Positions 48,961 through 63,285 of a stretch of 64,000 bases of DNA are shown here, one piece after another (position 1 is the first letter of the stretch; each line of letters starts with the position of its first letter). This DNA is from Hydrolagus colliei (lineage: Eukaryota): assembly GCA_035084275.1 (NCBI GenBank), contig CM068755.1, positions 13,330,001 to 13,394,000 of the forward strand. The letters run 5' to 3'. Position numbers and translations under genes: made by a program. Under the pieces are notes generated by a model that was not told the origin of the DNA, searched no databases, and saw only the letters and a list, made by a program, of their open reading frames with translations.

Positions 48961-50631
48961 GGCCTCCAAGAGCGCCATGAGATGAAGTGAATGCACTTAT
49001 TAAAACCAGTATTAAAATAATGTTTTAAAAAAGTACCCAATTTCAATGCTCTACATACACAGTACGAAAAAAATGAAATAGATATGCAGCAGGCAATATG
49101 AACTCAACTTCTCATTCTGTAACGTTATACTGCTGGAAGCGCCAAATAAACACACCATGAGATTGTACAATCAGTCTGTTCCATTAACAATTTCTTTACA
49201 AAGTGTTGAGATAAAGTAGAAATGCCAGACATATTTAACGACTTAGCCAAGCCTAGGATCTGGTTAAACTCAGAGTCAAAGCTGCCAACAAGCTAATGAA
49301 TAGTCCTGGTCAAATAAAAAAAAGTCTTAAGTCAGTCTTCCCTTTAGGCAAAATGACAGTTCAAAGATAAACTAGCTAATAAAAATTACAGGAACTTTTT
49401 TATTTTCTCTATTACAATAGCGTGTCATTTGCATTTCCTCACTGTACTGAATGAAAGAACTACCATTATACTCAGCTGCCTACCTTCACTTTGGTTTCAA
49501 GAGAAATATTGAAAGTTTACGTTTTCATAAAGTCTTGCATGATCAAAAATATAATCCATTGGCTATTGCTTTGATACAAACACAGCACATTACTGCACAC
49601 ATAAAACCATTTATTTCCAGCGTTAAACAAAAAGTATAGCAAAGTCAAAACTATGAAGGGGGTCCTGGGAATGTAGATTCATATTTGTCTGTCTCATAGT
49701 GTTGCTGCCAATCTCAGCCTCAACACTCTGGAGAGCATAAGAGAATATTCTTTGGAAATGACATTTCCGCCTATCTCCTCTATTTCCAATCTTCTTTGCA
49801 ATAGTATCTCTTCCAATAAATTTATTCCCCAGTTAGCAAGGAGGGGACAAAAAGGCTGTATGGTTATTCATAGCCACTGTCAATGCCACTCTGAATAGCT
49901 TGGACTGGTGATTTCAACTAGTGTGAGCTCGTCTATATCAGTGTCTCCTCGCTGATAAAAGGCTTCCATATTGTATTGCACCCACTACTCTGGTCAAAAA
50001 GAAACTCACCCAACCAGGAAAGCACATTGATCTGTCAGACATCCTTGAAATGTCAATCGAGGGTAGGCAAGGGGATGGGGACTTGGGAATTGTCCAGATT
50101 TCTCATAAAGCCAGTGTAGATGCCATCAAAGGACATGAAGTAAAGATCAATATATCCTGTGAAGTGCTTTGAGATGTCTTGATGTAGTAATAAGGCATTA
50201 CATCAAATGGAAGGATTCTTATTATTAGTAGTAGTAATAAAAGTATTAACTATTGGTAATTTAAATACTTTAAATGCTCTTTTCTGTTTATAAGTCGATT
50301 CAAGTTCAGCATGTATTCAAAAATATTTTTCGGCGTGCATCCCAGACAAGGATGTAATCATCTTAATAGAATTCTGTTCATTTCAACAGAAATTTTAAAC
50401 ACTGGCACAAGAATAGGATTACTTACAGAATAAACTGGCAAATGGCCAGGTTCAGTTCATGCTAAACCAGCTGGGGTTTATTAAACCCCAAATCAATTCT
50501 CGCCTCTCTCCCCAACTTCATCCCTCTTTACACAAATTGGAAGAAAAGTGAATCCTGTAATATCCATTCTGTTGCATCTTGTTTCCTCCCCCTCTCTCTC
50601 ACATACACATAATCTCACTCTGGCTTTATTG

Positions 50632-50952
50632 TAGAGTCCGGCGATATATTGATTATATCCGATATAATTTTCATATCGATATGCCGATATCAGAATTTTC
50701 AAAATATCGATATCAAAAAATTCAATAAATCGGAAAAAAATCTATATATTGCAAATATCGATATATCATTTCTGACGATATATCGGTATATATCGGTAAA
50801 ATGCAGACTTTTTCAACTTACCTTGTCTATATCCAAATGCACGCGCACACCGGAATGCGCGTGTGCATGTGCAGGACAAAACAAAACCAGCGATATCGAT
50901 ATGGGCAAACCGATATATCGATATCAGAAAATTTCCATATCGACGGACCCTA
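50632..50952. mobile_element. Non-autonomous hAT-type DNA transposon (MITE), 321 bp
   Basis: TIRs TAGAGTCCGGCGATAT / ATATCGACGGACCCTA (14 of 16 match), perfect 8-bp TSD CTTTATTG (50624-50631 and 50953-50960), many subterminal CGATAT/ATATCG repeats. Confidence 0.92.
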
Positions 50953-52816
50953 CTTTATTGTTTCTCGGACATATATCTAGTGCAACCAAGAAGTTAGGTG
51001 AGTGTCGCCTTACCTTGGGGAATAATAGACTGATGGCGATTTAGTTGCTAGAAGAGAGATGTGCAAGAGAAGACAACCAAGAGCACTAGCCAAGTTTCTA
51101 GCCTTTCCACTATTATCTGGCCCAAAACAGCAACTCAGTAATGTGGCAGAATCCAGGTCTTGAGCTCAGTTTTATTACCCCAGTTTATCTGAGTCCCGAT
51201 GAATTGGCCAACTATCTTTCCGAATATCTTTTAAAATTAATTTCTACCCCGTTGTTTCCTTTTAAAAAAAAAACACATTATTGGGTTAACTTGGTTCTCT
51301 GACTGTTAAAAAAAAATTATTCACTTCATGTTCAGAATTGTAATTGATCAAACTAATTATAAGTTCTATGTGGCTCGCTCGTAACAGCAGCTGTGTCCTA
51401 TTTGCATTCATTACCACAATATGGAATGGCAGCTTTAATGATATTCATAAATATTATATAATCAGGTTCACTTCCAATTCTGGCAAGCATTTATTTACCA
51501 GATATTTAATGATGATGACATTACCCAGCTGGCAACAAAGCAACTTTTTATTGCAGTGTCAGCTTCTTCTAAGTCACTAATGATCAATATCATGCTTGCA
51601 AGCATGTTAACATTTCGTAACACTTTGTATGCTGGCAAAGCACTCAAACGTTGAATATGAAGATGAAGCAGACAACAAGTCAGAAGAAGTTGAGCATTAA
51701 ACGCTTCCAGGAGGATGTGAAATGGTAGAATGGATAATTTGCTCAAATGTAATGCGGTCGCCTTGCCCTTCCTTCTCTGTAGCATCCAACCCCAGCTGTG
51801 TAAAACGTTCTGAGGCCCTATCTAACGTAAATGGCCATTGCTCCTTGTTAGGTCTATTTGCTGCTGCTGAGCCCACCAACCAGGAAACTGTCCAAGTCAT
51901 GCATCTTGCTCATTAAGCACAAAATGAATGCCACACCTACATGGTTCTGATAGTCTCAAAGATTTCTGCACCACTACAATATTACAATGCAGTTTACTCC
52001 TTAAAAGTTACTGGGCACTTGTTTACAGCTGTGAAAAGCAAATGGGACCGTGTTCACTCACTTATACCAAAACCTATGTGGCCTAAGGCTACATACTTTT
52101 CAAAGACTAACATAATGAATCTGGTTACTATCTGGAGTACTGATTTAACACATACGTTCTTGCAAATCTTAGTTTTGCAAAGAGTTTTTTTTTTTAAAAA
52201 ATTCTCACACCCTGGTTAAACTGTATTATCCGCTTCTACTGTCACGGCAAAATATTGAACACCAAATTGGTTCCAGACAACAATGGTGCTACATAACTGG
52301 TGCACTAAAGTCACAGGCTTGGTAAACAGAAAGGAAACATTCAAAGGAATAATCAAGTCCTCATCTGGTAGTATTGTACAGCAGTAAGAAATGGTCAGAA
52401 TCCTACAACAAAGCCAGATACAACAGAAACTATGGTTTACTCAGCGGAGCCAGAGGGAAACAAACTGTGAAAGGAAAGATGCACAGAAGCAGAAACTAGA
52501 ACTTCAATTAGGTCTTTGTTTCCACAGAGATAGTAACAAATTAATCTCGATACTGCAAAGCTTTACAAAGGGATTTGTACTCCCTTAACTTGAAACAGTA
52601 TTAAGGTTTGCTGATGAAAAGAATAAGAATGTTTGCAACAAATAACTAGCGATTTGGGATTCCTAGACCTTCACCAAACATACCTTGATTTTTTTGTGTG
52701 TGGGTGGGGAGGTGGTGGGGGCGGTTGGGGGCACTAAGGTCAAGAAAGGAAGTATAAACAGGATTTATTACAAATCAAATTATTGAAGAACTAGAATAGT
52801 TCAGGTTAAGTATGGT

Positions 52817-52950
52817 CCACTTCTGACGAAGGGTTGTAGACACGAAACGTTGACTCTTTTTCCTTTCTCTATGGATGCTGCCTGACCTGCTGAGTTTCCC
52901 CAGCAACTTCTGTTTTTGTTTCAGATTCCCAGCATCTGTAGTATTTTGTT
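52817..52950 (+). mobile_element. Penelope-like retroelement terminal fragment with hammerhead core
   Basis: CTGACGAAGGGT...CGAAACGTTGACTC...GATGCTGCCTGACCTGCTGAGTTTCCCCAGCA, a repeat end I recognise from chondrichthyan genomes. Family assignment is from memory and needs Dfam/Repbase. Confidence 0.7.
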
Positions 52951-53521
52951 TATGGTCCAGGATATTTTGCCTTGTCCTAACTATCTTCATAACTGAACAT
53001 ATCTGGGAAGCAGATCAATGTTTCTATTCCTCTTTTGAAAATAGCCTCTGTCCTAATGCCAAGAGCAACAGGGAGGCCTTTTCCACAACCTCACAGTTTA
53101 ACCAAAGTGCCAGGATAGAGATATTAAAAAAAAGTAATTCTTTTATGCAAGCATCATATAGCATCACAGACAACTAGATAAATTTGTCAATAGTATCTTC
53201 TTCCATTGGGGGAAATTCTGATGTAATTCTCAGATGGTTATTTGATCCCTTCCATCCTGACCCTGGGGAAACCTGAGCGGAATCCATACTTTCAATTGCA
53301 TGCTTGAAATTCAATTCTTATTTAACACACATCAAGTACAGAATGACCTTTGCAGCTATCAAACTGTATGTGTCGGATTTGATGGTGAATGAGGTCCAAG
53401 CAAATATGTGTTGCAGACATGACCATGTTTATTTTATCAGAAGCTTAATGATGTTCCTTGCGATTGATATAGTTCCTTATGACGTCAACTTGTCCCAAAA
53501 CAATTTACAGACTGTTTACAC

Positions 53522-53840
53522 TGCCACATGTCCCACAAACAGCCATGAAGTGAGTGTCCTAGTTTTATCTGGTGGATTGTTGACCAGGACAATGGGAGAA
53601 ACGGCCTTCACTTTTTTAATATTTCCATGGGATCTTTAACATTTACCTGACTAGGAAGCAGATAGGACCTCAGATTAATATCTCATTCAAAGAACGGCTC
53701 CTCTGATAATGCAGTTCTCTCCAGTAACCTAATGGGAGTGTCATCCTAGAGTATGAGCTCAAAGTTCTTGACATAGGGCTTGAACCCACAACCTTGTAAC
53801 TCAAGAGGAGAGTGTGCTACTAACCAAACCAGGCTGACAA
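53522..53840 (-). mobile_element. tRNA/Deu SINE, head and body
   Basis: Same A/B box head and body motifs as 11050-11463. Confidence 0.75.
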
Positions 53841-55457
53841 ATTTGTGGAAGATCCTCACTTGTGAAGGGGAGGGAATGGGGGTGGGGGGGAAATGGAAAA
53901 ATCATGCAGAAACTTCTCATTACTCATTTATATACAAAGTATATATAGTCAATTCACTTTACAGTGTATTTTGTGAAGGTTATGAAATGTCTTGAAGACG
54001 TGATAAGGTGTGACTTCAAATGCAAAGATTATTATTGGTAGTAGCAGAGGGACGAACAGACCATCAGAAAACATCTCTCACCGCACTCCAATTGAATAGC
54101 TTGAAAGCAGAGTTATTCTTTTGACAGAGCAACAGTTCACTCCGCAAATAGATTTATAGGAGGGGCAAAAATAAAATTCAAAGACAAAAACAACTTTTGG
54201 CTGAAAAATTGTTTTTAAAAATTACCCTCAGGAAGGATGAGGATACAGTTAAATTATAGTTTGAATAATTGAGAAAAAGGCACTTCTCTTTTAAATGGTA
54301 GGCACTGCAGTATGCGCTTATTTTAATTCAACTAAATGACAGGGAGGGTATGACAATAATAACTGGTAAGGAATACATCATTTATGTGTCATTTCTACTA
54401 ATTTTAGAGGAAGCTGACTGCTGCATTGACTAGCCCAGCTTGTTTATTTTGGGGGGTATTTTTAGAAACTGCTTGTAGTTGACAAAACTCATGGATACAA
54501 GCAAAACAGAAAGAAAGAAAAAAACCAGCATTAATTGCATTTGGTTTTAAAGGGGATATCATCACCCCTCTAAAGTTCTTGAAATGCACTTTGGGGTTAA
54601 CTTTCCAAATGCACGACGACAACACTTTGTGTTGTGAAAACATCTCAATGTTTCTTGCTCCCAATATGACGCAAACTGATGGAGGTGATCTACTTCATTG
54701 CTGATCAGCCATACAGCAATGCCTATTGCCAATGGAATTTTTGCCTTAAATACTTCTTGATCAACATCCAAGCATAGAAAATCTGTGATCCTAAAAGCTA
54801 CTCAAGGTTGCCTTCTGATACTCCTATGACTGAAGTCAGCTCAGTCAATCCCCACACGCAGAGGATGCAAAGTGATAGGTCTCAATGGGGTTGGGAAACT
54901 TTTCCTACAAAGTTACGAGTTGGTTCTATTATTACTTGGAATTTTACACAGCTCAAAAGGCAGAGTACTTTTTTTATTGAAAGTATTTCACAATGTTACC
55001 TAGTGGGACAATACCACGAAGAGCAAAATAAGTAAATTAAAATGACATCGACCATCCTTCCTCTAATCCTCACTTCCTGCAGCAGTCATATCTAGTCTTC
55101 ATATCCCAATCCCAGTCCATAGGAGTAGGTTTAATCTGAAACCATTCCTTCCTGCTGTGATCTCTTTGGTCTTTAATCCTCACTCGGATTCAGAGATTTG
55201 GAATGTTTCTGATATCCAACTATCTACCATGGTGCAGCAAAAGACTGCTTTATATTCCTCTAATGTATTTCTTTACAACAAAAATAATCTAAAATTCCAT
55301 TGCCAGCGAAACTACTTTGATACGTTGAATTCCTTATTGAATGTTTGCGTGCAAACCAATTATCAGGATCTGTGCACTGTGTTTATATGTGGTTATCAAA
55401 TTGATTTTTAACCCAAACTGGAGGAAAAACATCAGTCTAAAACTGAAGTCCAAACTA

Positions 55458-55748
<291 letters not shown>

Positions 55749-58700
55749 TTACCTGTAATTAAAATAGTAGGGAACTTAATTACTATAATTAAGGGCACCT
55801 TCCAATAGAGATATTAATTTTTAATAACATTTTAAAGCAGAATTCCTAACATTTTGAAGCCCTGAGTAAAACCAATATGTATAATTCAGCCTTTGTTGCA
55901 TAGGAGTATGTTAAAAAATTAAGCGTATTAAAAAAATCATATTTGAATCACAGCTATTTTATTCCAATCAGATTTGTCTCAGTCATTGTGTAACACAATT
56001 ACACCATCTTGTGTAACCCACCAAAATAATTTTAAATTGGAAATAACATTTTTATTCAGCAAACCTTTTTCTAATACTTCAGAACAGAGATTAAATAGCA
56101 TTTTTTAACTGTATTTGTAATTTGGTGAATACTTTAATACTGATTTTAAGGGAGAACTGCTGTGAAGCTGTACATTAATAGGATTCAGAAGGTAAACAGT
56201 ATTATATAATGCGCCATCTAAAGGCAACATTTAATTTCCAGAAAGGTCAGAACATACACAATCCTTCCATGCTGCTCGCAGATTGAACTCAATCTCACAT
56301 CCGGTTAGAAGGAATTACATTTTGCACCCAATCAGGACTCATGAGAAATCAATGGAGATGTAAAAAGAAAATGAAAATATTTTACGTGGTGTAAATACAG
56401 CAGTAAGAAATCTATGTTCCACTTATACTATTGAATGGAGGCATGTGAAAACCGCTTGAATTCCACAGCAAGGCTGGTGTGATACTCTGAATTAACCCGA
56501 TAGGTATAGACAAATGCATAGAAATTAAATAGATTTCCATGGGTTCCAAGCAAAGCAAAATGCAGTCAATGAATCCAAGAAGAAAAAGTGGAAATATGTG
56601 TTCTTTTAACCCCCAAATAGACAAAAATAAGCCCCAAGCACCATTTCCCACTAAGCCACATATTTTGATTTCACAGTTATAATAGTATTTGGCAAGGCAT
56701 CATTATGATTTTTAAATGTGTGTATCTGCAGAAAGATCCATACTGAATTCAAGTTTGCATATCCATCATGTCAGTGTACATCAAGGTTTTATCCAGAAAT
56801 TGTACTGAACAATGAAAATAATAATCGTGTATGCCCGCTGGACTATCTGTGAAATTCCATAAGCCTTCAACTAGCTTTCTCCTACCGATTTAAATATTTG
56901 TCAAATGGCATAAGCAGCAACATCTATAAAACCCATATTAATGAACATAAAGCCAGAACAGAAGGTTCTCCTTAAGTTTGTCAGAAGACTCGAAATTACA
57001 CTATCATTTCAACCACCCAATAACATGTTCGTCTTGAGATGAAATTGGCACACCCGATACATTTGTCAAAAATTAACTTCAGTAAGCATCCAATTTCATT
57101 TGTTGTAATAATGTGCAAATAATAGTGCAAATTTGGAACACAGAAGTCACAGCACATTTGCTGTCCAATGCACTGTGCTGTAGAATGGGAGCGCAGGGAT
57201 CTAACCCAGATTTCAGGCTCGCTGTTGCAAGAGGCGCAAAGTAGAAACAGGTGCCGTCCTATAGGGAGAATGGGAATGTCACTTCAGGTCATTTTGCACA
57301 CCGAAAATTCTGAAAGCCCAATCCAAACGAGAACAGTTCAGTTACTAAGGAGGAGTTTCATGCCATATGTTGCTGATTTTACCCATTACGTATTTAGTTT
57401 TAACAGAGACAAGGCAATAGTCTTTCATTTATAAAGAGACATGGGCAAACCAAGCCACAACTCTGAGGATATTTACAATTTCTGTTTTAATAATGTCTTA
57501 TATCACATTTCTGGCGATACACCAATGCCATTTTGTCTCGTTTCTTACCTGCCTGTTGCGCTCATCCATGATCCGTGTAATCTGAATCTTTTTCCGCCCC
57601 ATCTTCACGTTCTCCTTCCTATCTCCAATATATCAGTGTGCAATCCCTAGCTCTGTCAGTTATGAATGTTCTACTGCATGGTACAGACTTCTCAGATTTT
57701 CCTCCTCTGTATCAGCTCAGTTTATGGTTGCCTTCAAATCCTGCAAAAAAAAGAATTGATGGCTTGTTAAATAATACCAAAATTATGAAGTATATAATTT
57801 GGCAATATTCAAGTCAAGGCAACAAAACAAACAATAATTAAAAACGTGAGTTTTTCTGTTCAAAGTTAACAGGAGCAATTATTCCAAAGTTAACAAAAGC
57901 AATTATTTTTCTGTTCAAAAACATTTTTCAAAGAAAAATGGGATTCGGGTTGTCAATGTTGACTCCTTGGTGGATTGTAGACGGTTGACTATTGAAGTAC
58001 ATGTCTGTCACTTTGCACTGTACTCCATGTGCCATTTGGGAGGAAGCAATGTTTACTTCAGTACGGTTAAAACAAATTGACCAAAAAGCCACCAACTTTG
58101 ATCTTAGTTAGACTGGTTATAAGGTCATAACAATCAGCTTCGATAAATAACTGGGAAACAAAAATCAGTCTGGGTTTCCACTCCCGATTGATTATTCCTT
58201 ATCCTCCCACTCCCACCCCAATGTCTTGCCTCCTCAATGTGCCATTGCAGTACTTTGCATTCCCTAGGATTTAATCTGATTCCCTTCCCCCACTTTATCT
58301 TAACTCTGAGACAACATCTCGAGCAACCTATCAAGATGCTAAAAAAAATTAAAAGCCTTCACAGTGAGGATAGTGCATACGCCATGTTCTCCAATTGAAT
58401 GGATAACAGAAACCCACTCAACCATAAAGATTGGGTTTTGTCAGTGTGATTAACTGCTTTTAAAATGGATTTCCAGCTCAAGAGTACCATTACAAAAACA
58501 ATCCCTTTTACTTACATTTTTATGCAAACCCTCCAGCAGTTATAATTTTGTGTATGTGCGTATACATACACACAAAAAAAGATTATTTTAAATCATGTAC
58601 ATTGGGTCATTGTCCCAATACAGCATGTTCCGGAATCTAACCAGAAGTCACTACAGGAACTGATATTTTCAAGTAAGCTGCTGAGCATTGAACTTAAAGA

Positions 58701-61700
58701 ATTACATGTTCTGTTGTATGATATGGTTGCCAGTAACAAGTGGCACAAACTACCGTAGACATCAAATGAATTCCTTGGTGAACAAGCCTTTGCCAGAATA
58801 GCCTGAAACTTGGCCGGCCACTGTGAAGTTCAGGTCCTTAGAAAGGAGTGTTCTTGAGGTTTCTCCAGACTGACAAGGGACCTGAGTGCCCGAGCGATTA
58901 AACCATGTGCCTCTTGGGAAGATGTTCTTCCCAGTCAGTCAGTCATTCAAAGAGAATTACATATGAAGTCCCTGGAGATATAGATGGATTGTCAGCACTG
59001 AAACCAGTCCAAAGGGGACACCTTGTATTGCTAAAGTCATAAAAGGTTCCGAAATCTGAAGAATTCACAAGCCACAGTTGTGATAGTGTGGAACAAAGGT
59101 ATAGGAAACTAAGGTATAGGAAAAGGCCATTTCGTCCATTGACCCCCATTCCTTTCATAGATCATGCAATACCTTTTCCAAGGCTTCCTCAGTCACTCAA
59201 ACTTCAGAGGAGGAGGAAGGGAGGTGGTGGTTGGGGGGGGGGGGAGCTTGATTGCACAGTTAAATTTTATCTTATAAAAACAGTGAAAATATTTTAGAAT
59301 ATCCATTCATCCTCAGGGCACAGAAATCACAGTAACCTGTGGAGTATTTATTCATCTCGGTGAGCACTCTTTCCCATCCATATATTCTTGTTCCCGGGTG
59401 GTTACCAAGCCAGTTATTTGTGAAGGAATCAATTGGCATTGCATTACCTGTCTTTGTTGTAAATCAATGTACATATATTGAGGGAGGGAAGGGGGGTGCG
59501 GAGGGAGGAGAGAGGAAATAATCATCTAATCTCAAATCCTTAAGGTAGAATCGAATCAAGCCTTCTTTTTAAATGTTAAGTGTATTCCTTCAAATTGTGC
59601 TCACAGTAAATAGTTCAGCCTAGCCACTGATGGAGAGAGCATACTGAGACACACAATACATGGAAATGTTGACACCCACCCATATCTAATTCGTTCCTCA
59701 GGGTACCATCATTTCTAGCTGAAAGCTTGTACATATTCATAGGTGGTGCCTTTGTCAACAATACTAGTTTCAGGGAATGAATCCATTTGGTTTCAACAGT
59801 GGTCCAAGCTAACATTGGTAATGGCTCAGGCTGGAAACTGGACTAGAGGCACTCCACAGCTTTAGTAACCTCAGGTTAGAAAGCTGTCTAAACACATCAA
59901 TTTAGCGTAGGCTTTCTTAAAGAGCCCTAGGGTGATTTCAAACCTGAAAATTCTTGGCAGAGCAGGATTCTAGGAGAAGAATATTTTGCTTTGCAAAGAA
60001 CAACTGAGGTGCAAGATGGCCAAAGCCTCTTCAGACTCTGCAGTTGTCCTCCCCAGCCTTCAGCTCAGCATTTCAGCAGAGGCAGTAATACCTAATAGGA
60101 GATTATGTTTCAGCTTCAATTCTCTTTGAGGCTCTGCCAATGCGTGCGTTTGTGTTGGGTGAAGAAAGGGGAAGGAAGGAGAGCTTGCAAAATGGCAGAT
60201 TCAGGAAATACTCAAGGGGCTTCGCCCATAAAATATACAGTCAATTCACAGTATATTCTGAGATATCTCAAAGACATGATAAGGTGCTATATCAAACGCA
60301 AAGATTATTATTATTGTTCCCACAGGCTATTCAGTACGTCGCCTTTACCTTCATACAAAGCACAGCAACATCAAATGGTCGGTTTGCATTCAATCTCTTA
60401 TGTTTTTCCTATCCAGAACAATTAGTCCCCCAAAAAGCACAAAGATGCTGAGGTGCAGAAAATAGTATGAAGCATTTCAGTTTTACATACATTTAGCAGA
60501 GAGAGAGAAAGAGAAGAAACTTGAGCTCATTTTAATCCATCTCAACAGCTCTTATTTTTTCAGAAAGATGATAGGTTAGCCTATATACAACACGCTGTAT
60601 GAAAAGCAAAGGATAAGCTATCTCTTGACTTTTGGAAGTCCTGCGCGCTTTGTAACCAAGTCTTTCAAACTGACCAATGTTTTTACATCCAGCTTACACA
60701 AATGGGCTGACCTTCAAGCCACGTGCTTGAATCAGGGTGGCTCTTTCTTCATCTGATTCTCACTTAATCCATAGTGACAACATGAGCCGATTAACCACTG
60801 CACACTTCACAATCCATTCAGTGCACACAAGGGAAACAGCCATTGCATATGATGTCAATTTGGCTTGAGGAAATGACAGGCCTCTTCCACGCACTTTAGC
60901 TTCAAGATTACGAGCAGCTTTATGTTGGATTCTCAGCAAAATAACTACTCAACTCACTGATTAAATAACACTAATAAAAAGCCCCTTCCCTTCACCTTCA
61001 GTAATGTATTGCTCTTCAGGCCAATGTGATTCTATATGTCATCAGTGATAGGTTTTTATGCTTGGCGAAATGCTAATTGTTAGCCTTAAGTAACTCCAGC
61101 ATTGCACAGATTGTCTCTGCACCCCCAAAGATAAAGAAAATCATTGTACATTTGTAGCTACACAACAAAGGCACAGTCACCACCTCTCAAGCGGCACGGC
61201 CAGCAAGGCAATAACGTTAATAAAAGTTACAGGTTTATGCATTGCCAGGTTTGCTATTGTGAAGGAACACTCCAAGTGACGTGCCTTGAAGGTTTGTATC
61301 GTCCTTTCACCAAGAGGAAACATTGGTCAGATCCCCCTCAAATGCCAATCAATGTTCAATTGAAAGAAATTACGAGATTCAAGATTAACTAGCGTTGAAT
61401 GTTGCCCCATCCTTTGACATCAGTATAGTCGAAAACACAATCACCACATACTTACCAGCAAATGGTTTCAAAGGGCAACGCTGTGGGTCTGGCACAATAA
61501 CTTTTGACTAGAATTGCTTTTATGGCTGCTCAAAACAACTGCTTTCCAAGATACTAGTTATATCAAACCAACACCACATGGGAAAAATAAATTCCATCTG
61601 CAGTATCCTATGAAAAACAATGAACTGACCCACAAAAAAGTTAAATGAAAGCAGCATCCAACAACAACAACATCACAATAGAAAGATTATTTTTTAATGT

Positions 61701-63226
61701 AGCACATTGCACCAGGGCTGTCCATTAAAAGATTCAGACCAATTTCTGTGCAAGTGCACCACCACAAGATGTTGAAAACACAGCTAATCAATCGCCAGCT
61801 GCAAAGAACTACAACGTTTCCTGTCACACATCTTTGAAATGTTGATGGAGATGACTATTTGAATTCAGAGATACACTACCACTTCCTGTCAGTGCACCCA
61901 ATTGAGACAAAACTCCCCTCCACTCCACCTGTGCCTCATTTGAACTCAATTCGGTGCCTGTTTAGACCTGTAGAATTAAGCCTTCTGAAAAGATTCTTTT
62001 TCTAATTTCATCTCTCAGTAAGTTCGAAATTGTTCATCTTCCAATAGGAATCTCATATTGTTTGCCTGCTCCAAGCAGTCCATAATAATTTATTAAGTTA
62101 CAAGTTTGTTTCTCGTTTCCCCTCTCATAGTTTATGCCACCTGGTAGCCTCTAAGGCACTACTGTGTAACCCCCAGCTAACATTAAGATCGCATAGTTAT
62201 CTTCTTCCCTCAAAATTTACATTTTCTTCCTCATTATATAATCTATACAACAAGAGGCTGTATCTGACCAATGTTATTTTCTCATGATTGCTTCCATATC
62301 TCTCTCAGCCAACCAACCCATCAATAATAAAACAAGGTCTATGCTGTTCTACACTTATTAAATTTCTGTGGCTCAACCCCATCTGCTCCAGATACATCTC
62401 CCAAGAAAGAAAAAAAGTTGTTCACTCGCTCTAACTCTTTGTTAATGACAGTAAATAGTCCTGTCACTTCATAGTTTCTAAATGTACATAGCATTGGGCT
62501 TTGTTACATCAAGGGCTAATCCTCATTCCGTTTATGCTTCTCTCAGAGCTTCTATCAACAATCGCACAGTTCCTTCATCATCACAGATTGTCACTATAAT
62601 TTCTATAGCACATATTGTTGACACTTTTCTAGCAATTTTTTTGATAAGGAGGTGATGACATGAATCCCTTTGTCTGGACGTTCTAAGTAACACAGAATAC
62701 ATTTAACAACTTTCCGTTAGTTGGCACAGTATTGGTTAACTTCCTCTCGTACATTTGCTGTAAATCAATTGTTGAGAGATACATTGAATTGTCCCCATTT
62801 CCCCATGGACCCATTTCTCTGCATAATATATATTTTTAAAAGTTTGAAAGGCAAAGATTCCATTACCTTCAACAATTTCTCTGCGCTCCAACACAACGGA
62901 AACTGGTCAGCTGGTCTTGACCAGTTTCACATCCAGCTCGATTTGATCCAATCCTCATGACAATTGCCGATTTTAGTCACTTCTGCATTATGGTTATCTT
63001 TACACCAACTTGCTTTGAAAGATTTATTTACATTCAGCTTTGTCCTGCATACTCTTCAAATGGAAGAGGGATTACTTACAGTCATCTGGCATATTGCGAA
63101 AAACAAAATCACGATGCTCAACCATCATTATCCTTTACCCTCTCCGCTCTATGCACATCAGCTCCGATTCTACCAGCAAATCTGTTCTGCCTTTCTATAA
63201 CCTAATTACATTATTTTGCTCTGCAA

Positions 63227-63229
<3 letters not shown>

Positions 63230-63257
<28 letters not shown>

Positions 63258-63285
63258 TTATATATATATATATATATAGTATATA
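63230..63285. repeat. Compound (GT)n(TA)n microsatellite
   Basis: Direct reading. Confidence 0.9.

Noticed and set aside
50649-51044. 131-aa ORF with repeated IDI/YR motifs
   Set aside because: Translation of the MITE's CGATAT repeats; no transposase motifs.
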